A DNA stretch of 64,000 bases from Lepidodermella squamata (GCA_047495785.1 JBLDXI010000019.1:1488001-1552000), one strand, 5' to 3'; positions 47,623 to 59,600 are shown, numbered from the stretch's first letter. Notes: generated by a model not told the origin, from the sequence alone. Numbers and translations: made by a program.

Positions 47623-49887
47623 TTATTTAATAGAATGAAGCGCCCGTTGGCGGACGTCGGAATTTTGAAAGAGCGCGCGGATAATCGTCCGCAATTCGTC
47701 AGCAGCGAAGGAATTCGCAAGTGGCCCAGCACCATCAGCCCAGCGGTTGACAATCGACGCCAAATCGCTATCCAGCAGCGAAATCATGTCGAGAAATCGC
47801 GGCCATTGCTCCGGGCTCAATTTCGACAGGAAGACTTTGCCCATGATTTGCGATGAAGATGTCGAATTATTTTCAGCAGCAGCGATTGCTCCGACTTTTG
47901 TTATCATATCGTCACTAAATCGGGTCAACATTTCGAAATGAACGCGTGATTCAGCGTCGCTGATATCAACTCTAGACGCCAGATTTGTTACCATATTAGC
48001 CAAAACTGCATCTAACAGCAAACCAAGGGCGGATGAGGCAAGAGTTTGCGGTAGAACGGTTCGAAGTGTAGAAATTACGTGGGCGAGTTTTGAAACCACG
48101 TTCGATAGCGACTGCTCGCAACGAGCCCGAAACCCGGTCGCCATCAATTTCCCACCCGCGCCTTGAACCCAGGCGTCTAAATCAACCTCGAGCAGTTGCG
48201 ACCGAGTTTGGTCAAGAGCCTTACGAAACAAACCCCAGCCATGCGACCTGGCTGGTTGAACCATGTCGAGAAATAAAAAGGGTGGTAGAGCTTTTTTGCA
48301 CGTTTCATTCGACTTAAACGCCGAAAATTCGACCTCAAGCAGAAGTAGCGAGTTTGCGAAGTAGGCGCAATCGCATAAAATTATCGCGGCACTAGTTAGA
48401 TTTCCGCATTTTAGCGAGGCGGTTCCAACGGGTAAGAATGCAAGGAATAAATCGGCAACATGGCGGGCACAAGGCGCCATGAAACGAAGGACACTTGACA
48501 ATAACGGCGAATTCTTCTCGCCCTCATGCAGCGCCAGAGTTTTGATTTCATCGATAATTTGTCGCAGTAATTCGACAAGTTTCACTAGAAATGAGCTGAC
48601 CTGACAATGCGGCAGCGAAAACAAATTTTGATTAGCTGAACCGAATAGTGTCTCATTCAATGAATCGGCCGATAGACGGGATGGCAATTTCACTTCGATT
48701 GAGCTCGGAGCTTGTTTGAAATCGCTCGAAATTGCGACCAAATCGTCCCAATTTAGTAGCATTAAATCTCGAGCCTGAAGCAACATTGTGGTTTCATATT
48801 TTTCCAAAACAATATTAACATGAGAATCTACAAATTCTTCCAGCGTTTTATTCGGTTCGGGTTGGAAACCAGCTTCCTCCAGATAATTCTGCAATTCCCT
48901 GACTTGAACAGTCAACTGGTGGAAACTGCTCAATTTTGATGGTCTATTAGGCAGTAAGGGTCGAAGAAAAATCGAGCAAAACAGTGAAGACATGTCTCCA
49001 ACAATTTGCGAACCAAATCGAGCGACCAAGTCGTGGTAGAATTTTCGGCTTTTTACGAAAACAAATATGTGCTCTTTAACGAATTTGAAGACTGAAATTA
49101 TTGAAGGCACCACAGCCATAGCCGGAGATTCAGTGCCGCAGTCAAATCGATCTGGGCTATCAGTCAAGTCTTCTTTTTCTAGATTCAACACCAACACGTC
49201 GGCATTTTCGTTAATCGACGAGGCAGATCTACGCAAAACTGGTACGATAATATTTGATAGCAACTGATTCGCAAACAGCACGAAAACATTGATCAGTAAA
49301 TCGTAGCTTGCTTCTTTGCACAGATTTTTCAAATATTTCTGATCGACTGAGCAAGAAATGGAATTTTCATTCGAGGTCACGGTAATACACTGGTCCAGAC
49401 AAGCCCCGAGCCATTCTGATGACACTTTCTTCCATTTTTCCACTTGTTGAGCAACGCCAGCGAATACCTTGGCGCTACGAAATGGGCTTTCGCTCAAATC
49501 GTGCCGTAACTGTTCGACTTTGACCACAAGCCGATAGAAGTCTTTCTCGGCAAAATGTGATTCGATTTCTTTTACAGTTTTGATAGATTTCTCTGCAGCG
49601 GTGAGCAGATCGATAGATGCGTCAATTTTTTCGACTTCTTTCAACTTGTTTTCCACAGCCTCTTGCATTGAAGATAAATTAGCCAACAATTCTTGACTCT
49701 TCTCATTCCGATCGTAGATTTCTTTCAAAGTGTCGTCGCATTGCGTGAAAACTGCATCGGTTCCCTCCACCAATTGGTCAATGCCATCAATCTCATTGGT
49801 AACTTCCTTCAACTTTTCAACAGATTGCCGGAATTTCAACACGGCTGAAACCGATTCGCGATCTGATGAAGCATCAATTGTAGTCAT
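47623..49887 (-). CDS. ZW10: Centromere/kinetochore protein ZW10 homolog
   Basis: Intronless 754 aa. C-terminus LASIVNRWADGAGPLANSFAADELRTIIRALFQNSDVRQRALHSIK is typical of ZW10, and the internal FSLPHCQVS motif is present. Confidence 0.88.
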   Translation of the reverse strand: MTTIDASSDRESVSAVLKFRQSVEKLKEVTNEIDGIDQLVEGTDAVFTQCDDTLKEIYDRNEKSQELLANLSSMQEAVENKLKEVEKIDASIDLLTAAEKSIKTVKEIESHFAEKDFYRLVVKVEQLRHDLSESPFRSAKVFAGVAQQVEKWKKVSSEWLGACLDQCITVTSNENSISCSVDQKYLKNLCKEASYDLLINVFVLFANQLLSNIIVPVLRRSASSINENADVLVLNLEKEDLTDSPDRFDCGTESPAMAVVPSIISVFKFVKEHIFVFVKSRKFYHDLVARFGSQIVGDMSSLFCSIFLRPLLPNRPSKLSSFHQLTVQVRELQNYLEEAGFQPEPNKTLEEFVDSHVNIVLEKYETTMLLQARDLMLLNWDDLVAISSDFKQAPSSIEVKLPSRLSADSLNETLFGSANQNLFSLPHCQVSSFLVKLVELLRQIIDEIKTLALHEGEKNSPLLSSVLRFMAPCARHVADLFLAFLPVGTASLKCGNLTSAAIILCDCAYFANSLLLLEVEFSAFKSNETCKKALPPFLFLDMVQPARSHGWGLFRKALDQTRSQLLEVDLDAWVQGAGGKLMATGFRARCEQSLSNVVSKLAHVISTLRTVLPQTLASSALGLLLDAVLANMVTNLASRVDISDAESRVHFEMLTRFSDDMITKVGAIAAAENNSTSSSQIMGKVFLSKLSPEQWPRFLDMISLLDSDLASIVNRWADGAGPLANSFAADELRTIIRALFQNSDVRQRALHSIK

Positions 49888-50036
49888 TATTTTTTTAACG
49901 ATTGCCTATCGAAAAGTTGAAATACATTAGCTTTCACACCCCACATAACGTTCGGTTTATTTTGAAACGCCAGTTTAACATTTATTCATATTGTGGAAAA
50001 AGCTAATATGACAAAGAAGTGTGAATATTTTCAGCT

Positions 50037-51020
50037 TCAGATGGATCCTGGAAACTTCGAAAGAATCGATGGCTGATTGGGGAACAGCTTCGACAGCGAG
50101 CCGTACATTTCCTTGTAAACACCTCTGATTGTCGACTCAGCAACGCCGGTGATTTCAGCGACCTGTGTGATGCTTTTGTTCACATCAACAGCAAGCGTAG
50201 CCAAAACGACGACAGTCGCAGCTGAAATAGGGCATGTAACAAAGGATCATCTAAAGAGCTACAATTACTTACCGACACTGACAGGTGAGCGGCCGCGGCA
50301 TAAATCTGATGACGAAATTTTCGATGCAATTTCTCGAGCCATGCGGATAACAGACTGTGGTAGTTCCAAAAGAGCCGCAAAGCGCTCCAAATAGTCATTA
50401 GACGAAATAAGAGGAACTTCGAGCTTCGTGTCAACGCTTTTCATTATGAGCTTGAAAACACGGCCGATTTCCTTTTTGGAAACTTGACAAACGGCGCAAA
50501 TTTCTTTGAATGTACGAGGAACCTGCTCCTGTCTGCAAGCCATGTACAAGCAAGCACCGACGACTGCTTCTGCATTACGGCCTTGTACTTTCTTAGAGTC
50601 GTGAACTTGTTTGAAAATACGTTTTCCAGTATTGCAAATACCATTTGGCAGATTTAGGCGATCACACATTTGCGACAATGATGAAAATGCGTTCATCAGA
50701 TGTCGATCTGACGCGCTCATTTGTTTACGATTAGCATAAACTGGTTTGCTACCGTCAGTGGCTTGAAATCCCGGCATCTGCTGGATATTCGTTGACAAAT
50801 CCTGGTCGTCGTAGAAATCATTTTCAGCAGCACCGACACGAGAGCGATCGACACCACTCTCTTTGTCAGTGCTCGCGAACGTGCGCCATTCTGATGAAAC
50901 GTCGACTAGCCGATCACCAACAACTAAACCACATCGTGGGCAGATGAGATCTCCGGCTGAGTAGTCCTCAACAAGAGCTTCCTCTGGATGCTTGGGACAA
51001 CACAACTGCCTTTGTGTCAT
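50037..51020 (-). CDS. GTF2B: General transcription factor IIB
   Basis: Zn ribbon CPKHP..LVEDYSAGDLICPRCG, B-reader SEWRTF, SRVG, CLYMACRQEQVPRTFKEI, GRSPVSV. Second exon ~50221-50037 reads (A)ATVVVLA..EITGVAESTIRGVYKEM..GSI*. Confidence 0.95.
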
Positions 51021-51419
51021 GATACAGTCTTGAAAAGTCTATATACTGGGAAGAATTATAACATTGTCAATCGATTCTCTATTCTTCAACGCATGAAAAG
51101 GCAAGAATGGCGAAAAGCAAAATAACGCTACAACACCATTCAACGCAGTAATGAGCTTTTTAAGGTGGAATAAGATGCAGGTTTGAAGTTCAGCGTTAGG
51201 AGACCAAGATTAGGATACCCGAAACGCTTTCAACATATGAAAGCTGAAAGCTTCAGGCTGCATCGGAGTCAATCTGTAGCACAAGTAGCATCGGAGCGTT
51301 CGCAAAATCGAGCTAAACATTGGCCGGATTACAAAAGGCAGGTCTAGCGAAGTCCATACGGTGGTCGTCTACTTATCCCATTTGCATTCCAATAGAGATC
51401 AATTTAGATTTTTTCGCAC

Positions 51420-51600
51420 CTAAAAAAATCATGCGACAAATATAGACTTTCAAATTAAATTTTATGTGTGATGTATGTGATAAAAATAATCTCTTGAATT
51501 GACGATGTCCTTCACGTTTATTTCTGCCCATAATTTTTTTTCGAACGGCAAAAAAACTGCGATGTAAAGACTCGTCATCGCCGCGTCAAGAATGCAGCCG
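51420..51600. promoter_or_regulatory. Probable bidirectional promoter region between the divergent TFIIB and PUS10 gene runs
   Basis: Positional inference: it is the only head-to-head point in 31.8-64 kb, and lies upstream of a TFIIB leader acceptor at ~51420. Confidence 0.45.
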
Positions 51601-51944
51601 GCAGCCGGCAACCCTTTCGAGATCGTAGCCTTCTATGCCGCTACGTGGGACGATTTCTTACCTATTGCCCGTTAATGCTGCGAAATGGGTTTTTGAATTG
51701 AGCCCGTCCGATCTGTCTTGAGGAGTGGGCTACTCGAATGTTATTTCACATGTCCGGGACTTAACACACGTATTTATGCCACTCATCCAACTATTGCTCT
51801 TCATTCGTAGCTCTGGTGTTGCCTTAATTAACATTGATGTTGAGGGTTCCCTCAATCGTGTGTGGTTTTCATTTTATTTCTGGCTGCTACTGGTTGCATC
51901 TTCTCAGCAACTTGTTAATCATGTTTTATCGTGTTCTATCTAGG

Positions 51945-53537
51945 ATGTATTTGTGCGCACGTTGCATTGATCTGGAAGCCATCGCGTTAGCTCCAAGTGG
52001 TACGCGCACTTTCGTGACTGTTGAGCCTGATGAAAATGTCTGCTTCTCTTGCCTGGGTTTATTGCAAACGTTTGTTAGCCAACAATTCATATCGTCCTTG
52101 TGTGAGCGCATCGCTGAACAGAAGTTTCAACATAAGTTTGTTCGCAGTTCGTTGCTACTCCCAAGTTGTTTGTATTTGCGCCAACACGTGGTGGTGCGGA
52201 AAACCATGGGAGACAAAGGCCTAGCTGGGGTAGATTTGAGAGTATGCCTCCTCAAAAGAATGTCTTATCTGAAAGCTGCTTGGCGTGAGTTGTGCGTTCC
52301 CCACCTCGAAAAGACCCTAGGTGTCACTCATCTGGATGGAGATGGTTCTGGAAACGACACTCCCTACTTCGACGTCTTAATCACATTTGACTACGCTTAT
52401 AACGACCTGGAATGTTCGCCTTTGCATAAGTACTTCCCCAAAAGACTCCAACACGTGAAACCACTGAAACGACCCGTCGAAGACTACAAAGGTTCCCTAG
52501 ATATTTCGCCAAACAAGAGTCTGAAACCATCGCAGTTTACGCTGTTAGCCGTAATGGATGCTATTTGTTCTGTTCCATTAAATGAAAATGACCAATATTT
52601 TGAGAAAATTGAAAAAGAGTTCAATAATCATCCATCAGTCGGAATAAATTTGCAAACGCAGCCTGTTTTTGCTTCACAATCAATCTACGTCTACGGTAGG
52701 TATAGAAAACTGTGTCGTGATTTACCGCAGTCGGCGTGGACCCTGGATGACGCAGACGCTGATGATGTTGTTGTTGAGAAGCCAACTAATCAGGCTGTTG
52801 GAGAGTATAATATGGGCCGCTACAAGACTTCTATTGAACAAATCATTGGCGAGCCTTTGCTTAAATACACTGGAGCTGAATCTTATCGATTCTCAGCTGC
52901 TGGTCGAGAAGATGTTGATGTGAGGATGCTGGGGTCAGGCCGGCCGTTTTGTATTCAACTAGTCAACCCCAGAGTGCCTTTTGCCTTGACTCCCGCTGCT
53001 ATGAGTGAATTAAACATAGAGGAAATGAAGGCGAAAAACAGATTGGATATCTTCGGCTTCGAAGAAACCATGAGCCGATTTCCTCTTGATAACATGAAAC
53101 ACGGCGAGGGTCAGAAAGAAAAAGAATATACGGCTGTCTGCTTCATCAGGAAATCATCGGCTTCTTTCCCAGACATCGAAAAGATTTGTGAAATTGTGAA
53201 TTCAGTGAAAACTCCGCTGGAATTGAAGCAAAAGACTCCAATTCGCGTTCTTCATCGCCGATCGCCTGTCGTTCGTCTCAGGCATATCATGAAAATTGAT
53301 GCATTTCCGTTCAAATGCTCTAAAAACGCCACTGCCTTTGCTTGTCGACTTCGCACGGAGGCTGGAACCTACATCAAAGAATTCATTCACGGTGATTTGG
53401 GTCGAACTGTGCCAAATATCGCTCAAATTATTGCTCAAGAGTTGGGTTTGAATGAAGCAGAAGTTGATTGCGATATCGTAACGTTGGATGTTACTGATAT
53501 ATCAGATTTGAAAACCACTGTGCCTCCAAAACTGTGA
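51945..53537 (+). CDS. PUS10: tRNA pseudouridine synthase Pus10
   Basis: N-terminal CARC...CFSCLG zinc ligands, GRYRKLCRDLPQSAW, catalytic GREDVDVRMLGSGRPF, QKTPIRVLHRR and AGTYIKEFIHGDLGRT. The ATG at 51945 follows an acceptor CTAG|G. Confidence 0.93.
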   Translation: MYLCARCIDLEAIALAPSGTRTFVTVEPDENVCFSCLGLLQTFVSQQFISSLCERIAEQKFQHKFVRSSLLLPSCLYLRQHVVVRKTMGDKGLAGVDLRVCLLKRMSYLKAAWRELCVPHLEKTLGVTHLDGDGSGNDTPYFDVLITFDYAYNDLECSPLHKYFPKRLQHVKPLKRPVEDYKGSLDISPNKSLKPSQFTLLAVMDAICSVPLNENDQYFEKIEKEFNNHPSVGINLQTQPVFASQSIYVYGRYRKLCRDLPQSAWTLDDADADDVVVEKPTNQAVGEYNMGRYKTSIEQIIGEPLLKYTGAESYRFSAAGREDVDVRMLGSGRPFCIQLVNPRVPFALTPAAMSELNIEEMKAKNRLDIFGFEETMSRFPLDNMKHGEGQKEKEYTAVCFIRKSSASFPDIEKICEIVNSVKTPLELKQKTPIRVLHRRSPVVRLRHIMKIDAFPFKCSKNATAFACRLRTEAGTYIKEFIHGDLGRTVPNIAQIIAQELGLNEAEVDCDIVTLDVTDISDLKTTVPPKL

Positions 53538-53630
53538 TCTAGTTGTTGCAGTCATTAAATCTGATTTTATTTCATTTAAATTTCATAGGTTTTTATTTTT
53601 GTTTGATGTTTTATCTATCTCGGCACAATA

Positions 53631-56600
53631 ATGACTACAAAGTCGGCTACATGTGAGTTGCCAAATAATTTATGCGGAAAATTATTGATTTTATGTCATT
53701 ACAGTTACTGCAAAAATAAAAGCCTTGACCGACTTCCACAACATGATCGCTGCCCGGTCGGTCAGCGTGCACGGCAGCGATGTTGCTAATAGCCTAAAGT
53801 ATTTCAATCAAACCTTGCTCGGCATCTTACGAGATGTTCCTGCTCTTCCACGCGACCTATACGGTCCAAAGCAAAATGACGCGATTCGGCTTTCAATTTT
53901 CCCTAATTTGGCCTATTCCGCCTTGTTTAATGCTGTTATTCAAATAGTCGATGATCTTCCATTCTTCCAGCAAGGCCTTACAGGTATTTAAGCTTTTGTT
54001 TATTTTATTCTATAGCTAAATTCGAATCGATTTAGATGTGAGTGAAGCGTTGTTGAATATTCTGGCTTGTCTTCCACCTTTTCTCGAATTCGACCTGGTC
54101 GATGCAATTGCCTATACGTTGTCGTGTTCGTTCGGCTATTTCCCGCAGCAACATCACCAGAAGCTGATCGAATTGATATGCCATAATATACTGCCAATCA
54201 CCCTCGGTTTTGCGGGCGATTTGGACGAACCAATATACACTGCCGAATCAACATCGACTATCATTCTATCAGTGTTTCAGCACACTGAAAACCGTGGCCT
54301 TCACTCTAAAATTACCGAAGCTGTCATGTCCTTTAAGGAGGATGTCTATAAAGATCTGTTCATAGTGGCAGCTTATGGCCCTCCTCAAGCTCGACTTGCA
54401 GCTTGTTGCCTATTGTTTCACTATTGGCCTAATATTGGACGACGGGCATTGCTATCTCGTGGGCCATCTCTTCACTACAAATACACAGGTAATTTCGGTA
54501 AAACCTTTCTTGAGCGAAAACTGAAATATTTACCTTTGAAAAAAAGCGAGTGGTATGACGTTTTTATTGTATAATTGTCAATATTGTGACCACCGGTGAT
54601 TGAATATGTTTGCAATGCTCGGTTGTTTTAATAGTTAACTGGCACACATTCTTATATTTTCTAGCTTGGCAGGGGATAATCTGTCAAAGACCATCGTGCC
54701 TTAACGCTGGAAATGCGAATGCCTGCAAGGTACTTTAAAAGGTTTATTGAGGAGGATTTTTCTCATATTTCTGTCTAATTTTCAAGATGATTTTGGAGCC
54801 ATCAGTTTCTTTGGCTGAAATCGCCCGTCCACCGCCGTTGTTTGCCTGCGAAAGCTGTTTCGATCAAATGAAAAGTCTGCCGAATCGTCAACTCGAACTT
54901 GTATATGACGTGATCAGCCCTGTTGTTAGCACATCTCTGAAATGCCAACACCCGTCGTGCCAAAACGCGGGCGGGCAAAACGAAGCTGTGGTGACTTGTT
55001 TCTCAGCCAACTGCACTTCAGCGTTGAAATCCACGCAAAACCCGTTGCCACAAGCCATTCGACTATGCGCGACTTGTTCGCATCGCATTCACGATAACAT
55101 CGATGCGTCGAAATCGCACTCTCGGCACGTCGTTCAATCATCGATTCCTATGCTATGGGAATGCGACTTGGATCTGCAAAATTACATTGTTGACGCTATT
55201 GTTGCTTCGTTGAGAGAAGCTCAAGTTGTGCTGGAGTACGACCCGGCCAGTCAAAGATTGGCTAAAGCCGCGGCCGCAGCTGCCCCGGCGAGCACGGTCG
55301 TCGTTGCTGGTGGCGCAGCTGGCGCTGACAAGGATAGGCCTGATAACTTCACAGTTGAGGATCATTTGTTACTAAGCCGTTACGGAATCTGGCTGTTGAT
55401 GGAAGTGGCTGATATATCGAAAATGCCAGCGGAAGATACGCGAAATTTGAGTGAAGAAACTATCGGACGGCTCGTTGCTATGATTTTCCAATGGTTCAAT
55501 GCAACCGCTTACCTACCAGATGGTAATTTTACAAAAATATATTAATTTTTACAATTTTCCCTTTGAAAATTACGGAAATAACGCTTAACATCGTTTTGCC
55601 AGTTGTGCGATCGAGACCTATTCTTGAACAGAGTGAGGATTTTTCCCATTGAATCATTTCTTTTTGATGTTGCGTATGCTGGTGACGGAGGGAAATTTTC
55701 TTAAACTATGGTCTCAATACTCTAAAATTTCAACCCTACTTTTGCTGTTGTCTTTTGAAGCCCTTCGGCCCAAAGTTGCTTTATCAGTAATTTAATCCTA
55801 TTCTCTTATATTTTTTAGTACCTGAGCAAACCAGCAATGCGTTGGAATCGTTGAAGCAAGATCATATCAAAGCCTGGATTCAAGCTGTAATGAAACGCTA
55901 CGAAAACATCGTAATTTCATGCCTTCTTCCACAACCGCCCGATTTTGCTCGAGTGGGTCGGGCCTGGGATTTCATCACGTCTCGAGTTCAGCAAATCAAA
56001 CACGGATTGAACTGCTTATTCTGCCTGATGCCTTACGATTTGGTCACATTCGAAATCTGGGACGTGGTCATACCCCACTGGCTTGAGGCTGTCCAGTCCG
56101 AAGTGCCGGAGCTTGAGCTGCCAGAATTCAAATTTTTCCTGTCAAAAATGTTCAACATCGATTTCGGCACGCTGCCGTTTTCGGTCGATCAAATGTTTCA
56201 ATTTGTCTCGGAGCGCCTGGAATACGGCTCGCTGCTTGTCCAGGAACAAGCGTTAAGGTGGCTTCAAATTTTGACTTCAATGTCGATTACCGTGCCGATG
56301 AGTCACCTGACGAAGATGTTCAAGCTGAGTATCACCAACATCTGCTCGCCAGATGCGCACGCCTCGGTTCATTACAACGAAGACAACGAGGAAAACATCC
56401 CGTTGACGGTTATTCAAAAAATGTCGGCGGATCATGCTGTTATTCTAGCGGTAAGATTGCAATCTATAGGGTTTGACAGGATTCGCGAGTTTTTCTAGTT
56501 TCGAAGAAGAGTTTTGAAATGTTGCTGAGATACAAATCAATCCTAACTAATCAAAACCTCCTTGCCCTATAAACAGACAGAATTCGTGCTACCGCAAGAT

Positions 56601-59600
56601 TATCAGGTTCGAGTGCCAAACCATTAGCGTTTTGAAATGAGTCATACATAGCTTAGTTGCGCGTTTAAATACAGTTGGAATACAGTTAGCATTTTTTTTA
56701 ACTAACAATTAATTACAGGTTACCGATTGAGACGTAGAATTCGCTTAGAATTTGAATGAAATTTGAGATGTAGAATTCCTGGTTAATGAGATTGTTATCG
56801 TGTTGCCTTGCCTATATAAACCTAAAGATTGCATGTTGAACTGTAGCTTATTATTCTCTTTGAAACATTTTCCAGCCCTATGATACGTCAATATTGGAAT
56901 ACTACCGTTTTGAAACTGCCAAGCAAAATGCGCCTCAGCAGAGAAAAATCGAAGACGTGAATGAATACAAGTTTTACGTGATGAATCTAATGCTGGAGGT
57001 GTTGATCGGGCAAATGGAACTGGCCGAGTTGCAAAAGCATGACTCAATCTGGGGCAAATCTGCCAGTCAAGTTCTGCCGTGTTTGATCGGTATGATCGAC
57101 TGGAAGTGGCCCCACCAGCCACATGGGCCGATTCCAGGATCGGTTAATGCCGCTTGTTTCACTTGCGAGCGATGTGGCGAATTTCTGCAAACCTACTCTA
57201 GAGTTTTAAGGTGGCTGTGTGAGCGGCAGGCGTCGAAAATTCAGAAATTTGACTATGTCGACGCGACGAATAACGCTAGTCTTGAATCGTCTTCGACTAC
57301 GGCGACATTGGAAACAAGTGCTAGCTCGGCTGCTTTGACTTTGAAGCTAGCAGCTAAATCGAACGTTGCGCCATCATTGGCGCCGAAATTGCTCGAGTGT
57401 ATGATTGAAAAGTTTATAACGTCTCTTACGCCTGGAGCTTCGTCGAGTATCGGAATCAGCTCAATCGGTGGATCTGCGACGATTGTTTGGCGATTGCTCG
57501 ATTGCCTTCAGTTGATGATTGCTCACGATGACAGTCTTCGCCGTTATGCGGCCCTTGAAAGTACGAAAGAGAATTGCGTGGCTTTGGTTGGAAAATTCTT
57601 GCCAAAGTAAGATTTCTTTTTTTTCTGATGAATTTATATATCAAAATGATATTCTTAGGCTTTGGCAAGTTTTGGATTCGAGCCACGCTGAAATCCCAAG
57701 ATGTGCAGTTGCTTGTTTACTGCGATGCCTTACGTTATCCGACGATTGCCGCCACGCTTTTGATATCGTCATCAAACGCGATTTTCTCAACACCGAATGG
57801 CTGTGCCGATTTGACGCCGTCGAACGTGCGGTTAATCTCTGCCATCTCATCAGATTTGAAGACGTTGTCAAAAATCAGCAATTACTCTCTTGCCTCGCCT
57901 TGGTTTCTTATCACCTGGCCCTCTCGATTCGAGACTTGAATCTGACGATTGTTCAACGGACAACTATTTTACTCGGCACTTTGCAGGCGAATTCGATCAA
58001 AACTATCGTTGAATCGATGTTATTTCAGTTCAGATACTGCATCGTTGACCGACTGTCGGTTCTGGACACCCTATCGCTGTTATCAGCGACGTTGCAAAGC
58101 CGCCACACGATTATCACATGGGACTTGGTCTACCAATTTATCGACGCGCTAGTCGCTGAAATTCAGGCCAGCAGCGATTTGTTAGACCCGCTGGAAATTG
58201 CCGAACATGACAATCGTTTGGACAGAGCTCGTTTCGCACTGTCCCATCCTACTGTCATTCGAAGCCTTCAACTAGCCTTGTCAGATTTGACGTCTGGAGA
58301 CGCTGCCTCGGTTCAAGCTGCTCAGCGAAAGGACTCAACAAGCCCGTTAAACCGCCAGACTTCATCGGCTAGCATCACGAAAAAGCAGCTTTTAACAGCA
58401 GGTATGATAATTCAGATAATTAAGGTGGAGCTTTTTTCTCGTAATTTTCTCATGTGAAACACTTGCGATTTGAACATAAAATGTCACACTACGTATTAAA
58501 CGTTTGTACGTCATATTTACATATTCGGTAAGCAGTCGCGCTATTTCCTACACTCGGTTTGTTGAAGATGATTTTTTGATATCTGCGATGATAGCGTGAA
58601 AATTAAGCTCCGGATTTGACGCCTTTTTCACGACGTTGTTCCTCGTGTTATTTTTTTAACAATGTTAATTTTTTTCTGATGACAAAAATTGTTTTAAAGC
58701 TATTTATTATTAATATTTTTTCTGGCGTGTAACAATTTTCATGCTTTCCATAAAAAGTGTTTCCTTCCAGCGCATGGCGTGTAGTTTTAGAGTGATCTTT
58801 CACTAACTTCGTCGAATCAGAGTACCTTTGAATAATTTTTCTTCGGCAGTACATCAGCCAGCTCATTCTCCTTCGATGGTGAATGCCTCTCCTTCTTCTA
58901 CATCGGCGACTAGTAAATTTATCGTTACAATGGGCGTCGTAGAATCGTAGATAAAACGTGTAAATATCGTTCGTTTAGATCAAGCCTTTAGATGATCTCT
59001 CCTAAATCATAACGGCGTCCTGAGCTAAGGGTGTTTTTTGAATTAATGTCCAATATTTGTTGATAATTTTAATTTTGAAAATACAATACAGACGCGCAAC
59101 CGTTATCGACCGCAAACATATTTAGCATCATTTGTAGATCAGGTTGACATAAAAATACGAAACTCTCGTAAAAATGATCGCTTGCCGCAATCATTTATAG
59201 TTACTGTTGTCAGTCATTTTTAGAGAAAATACGAAAAAAGAATCATTCGCTTTGCATGCTTTTTGTTACTTGAAATTCTATATCTGAAATATTACTGCTT
59301 GCTCTTTGAAAATCATTCCTTTAATTTTATTTTACCTTTTTCAAAATCATCCAGGCGAAATTTGTTGACTCACCACCGACATGAGGCTGAAGTTAAAGCT
59401 GGCTTTTTCTATCTAATTTTAAACCTGATTTAATGATAATATCAATTTTTAACCTTTATTTCCGTAAAGAATGTGTTTGAACTGCGGTTGGTTCCCAGTA
59501 GTTAATTCGATTTTCTCCACAATTTTTCAGATTTGGTTTTTCAAAAGCATATCAGCCCGCCATCTTCGTTCGATTCATCGCTGGTACAGGCTAGTTTTCG

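Noticed and set aside
51560-51790. RNase MRP/P or telomerase RNA
   Set aside because: Only partial resemblances (TAAGTCCCGG on the minus strand, CAACCCT); no complete P4 helix motifs or full telomeric template.
51834-51944. N-terminal extension of PUS10 in the ORF track
   Set aside because: It starts at a non-ATG codon, precedes a splice acceptor at 51943 and has no Pus10 similarity; ATG 51945 is preferred.
55523-55818. UNC79 intron as another clean closing-stem case
   Set aside because: It has an internal hairpin (GAGACC/GGTCTC, TTTCCC/GGGAAA), but the terminal pairing is AT-rich and ambiguous, so it was not counted. Intron 58402-58849 is similarly unclear.
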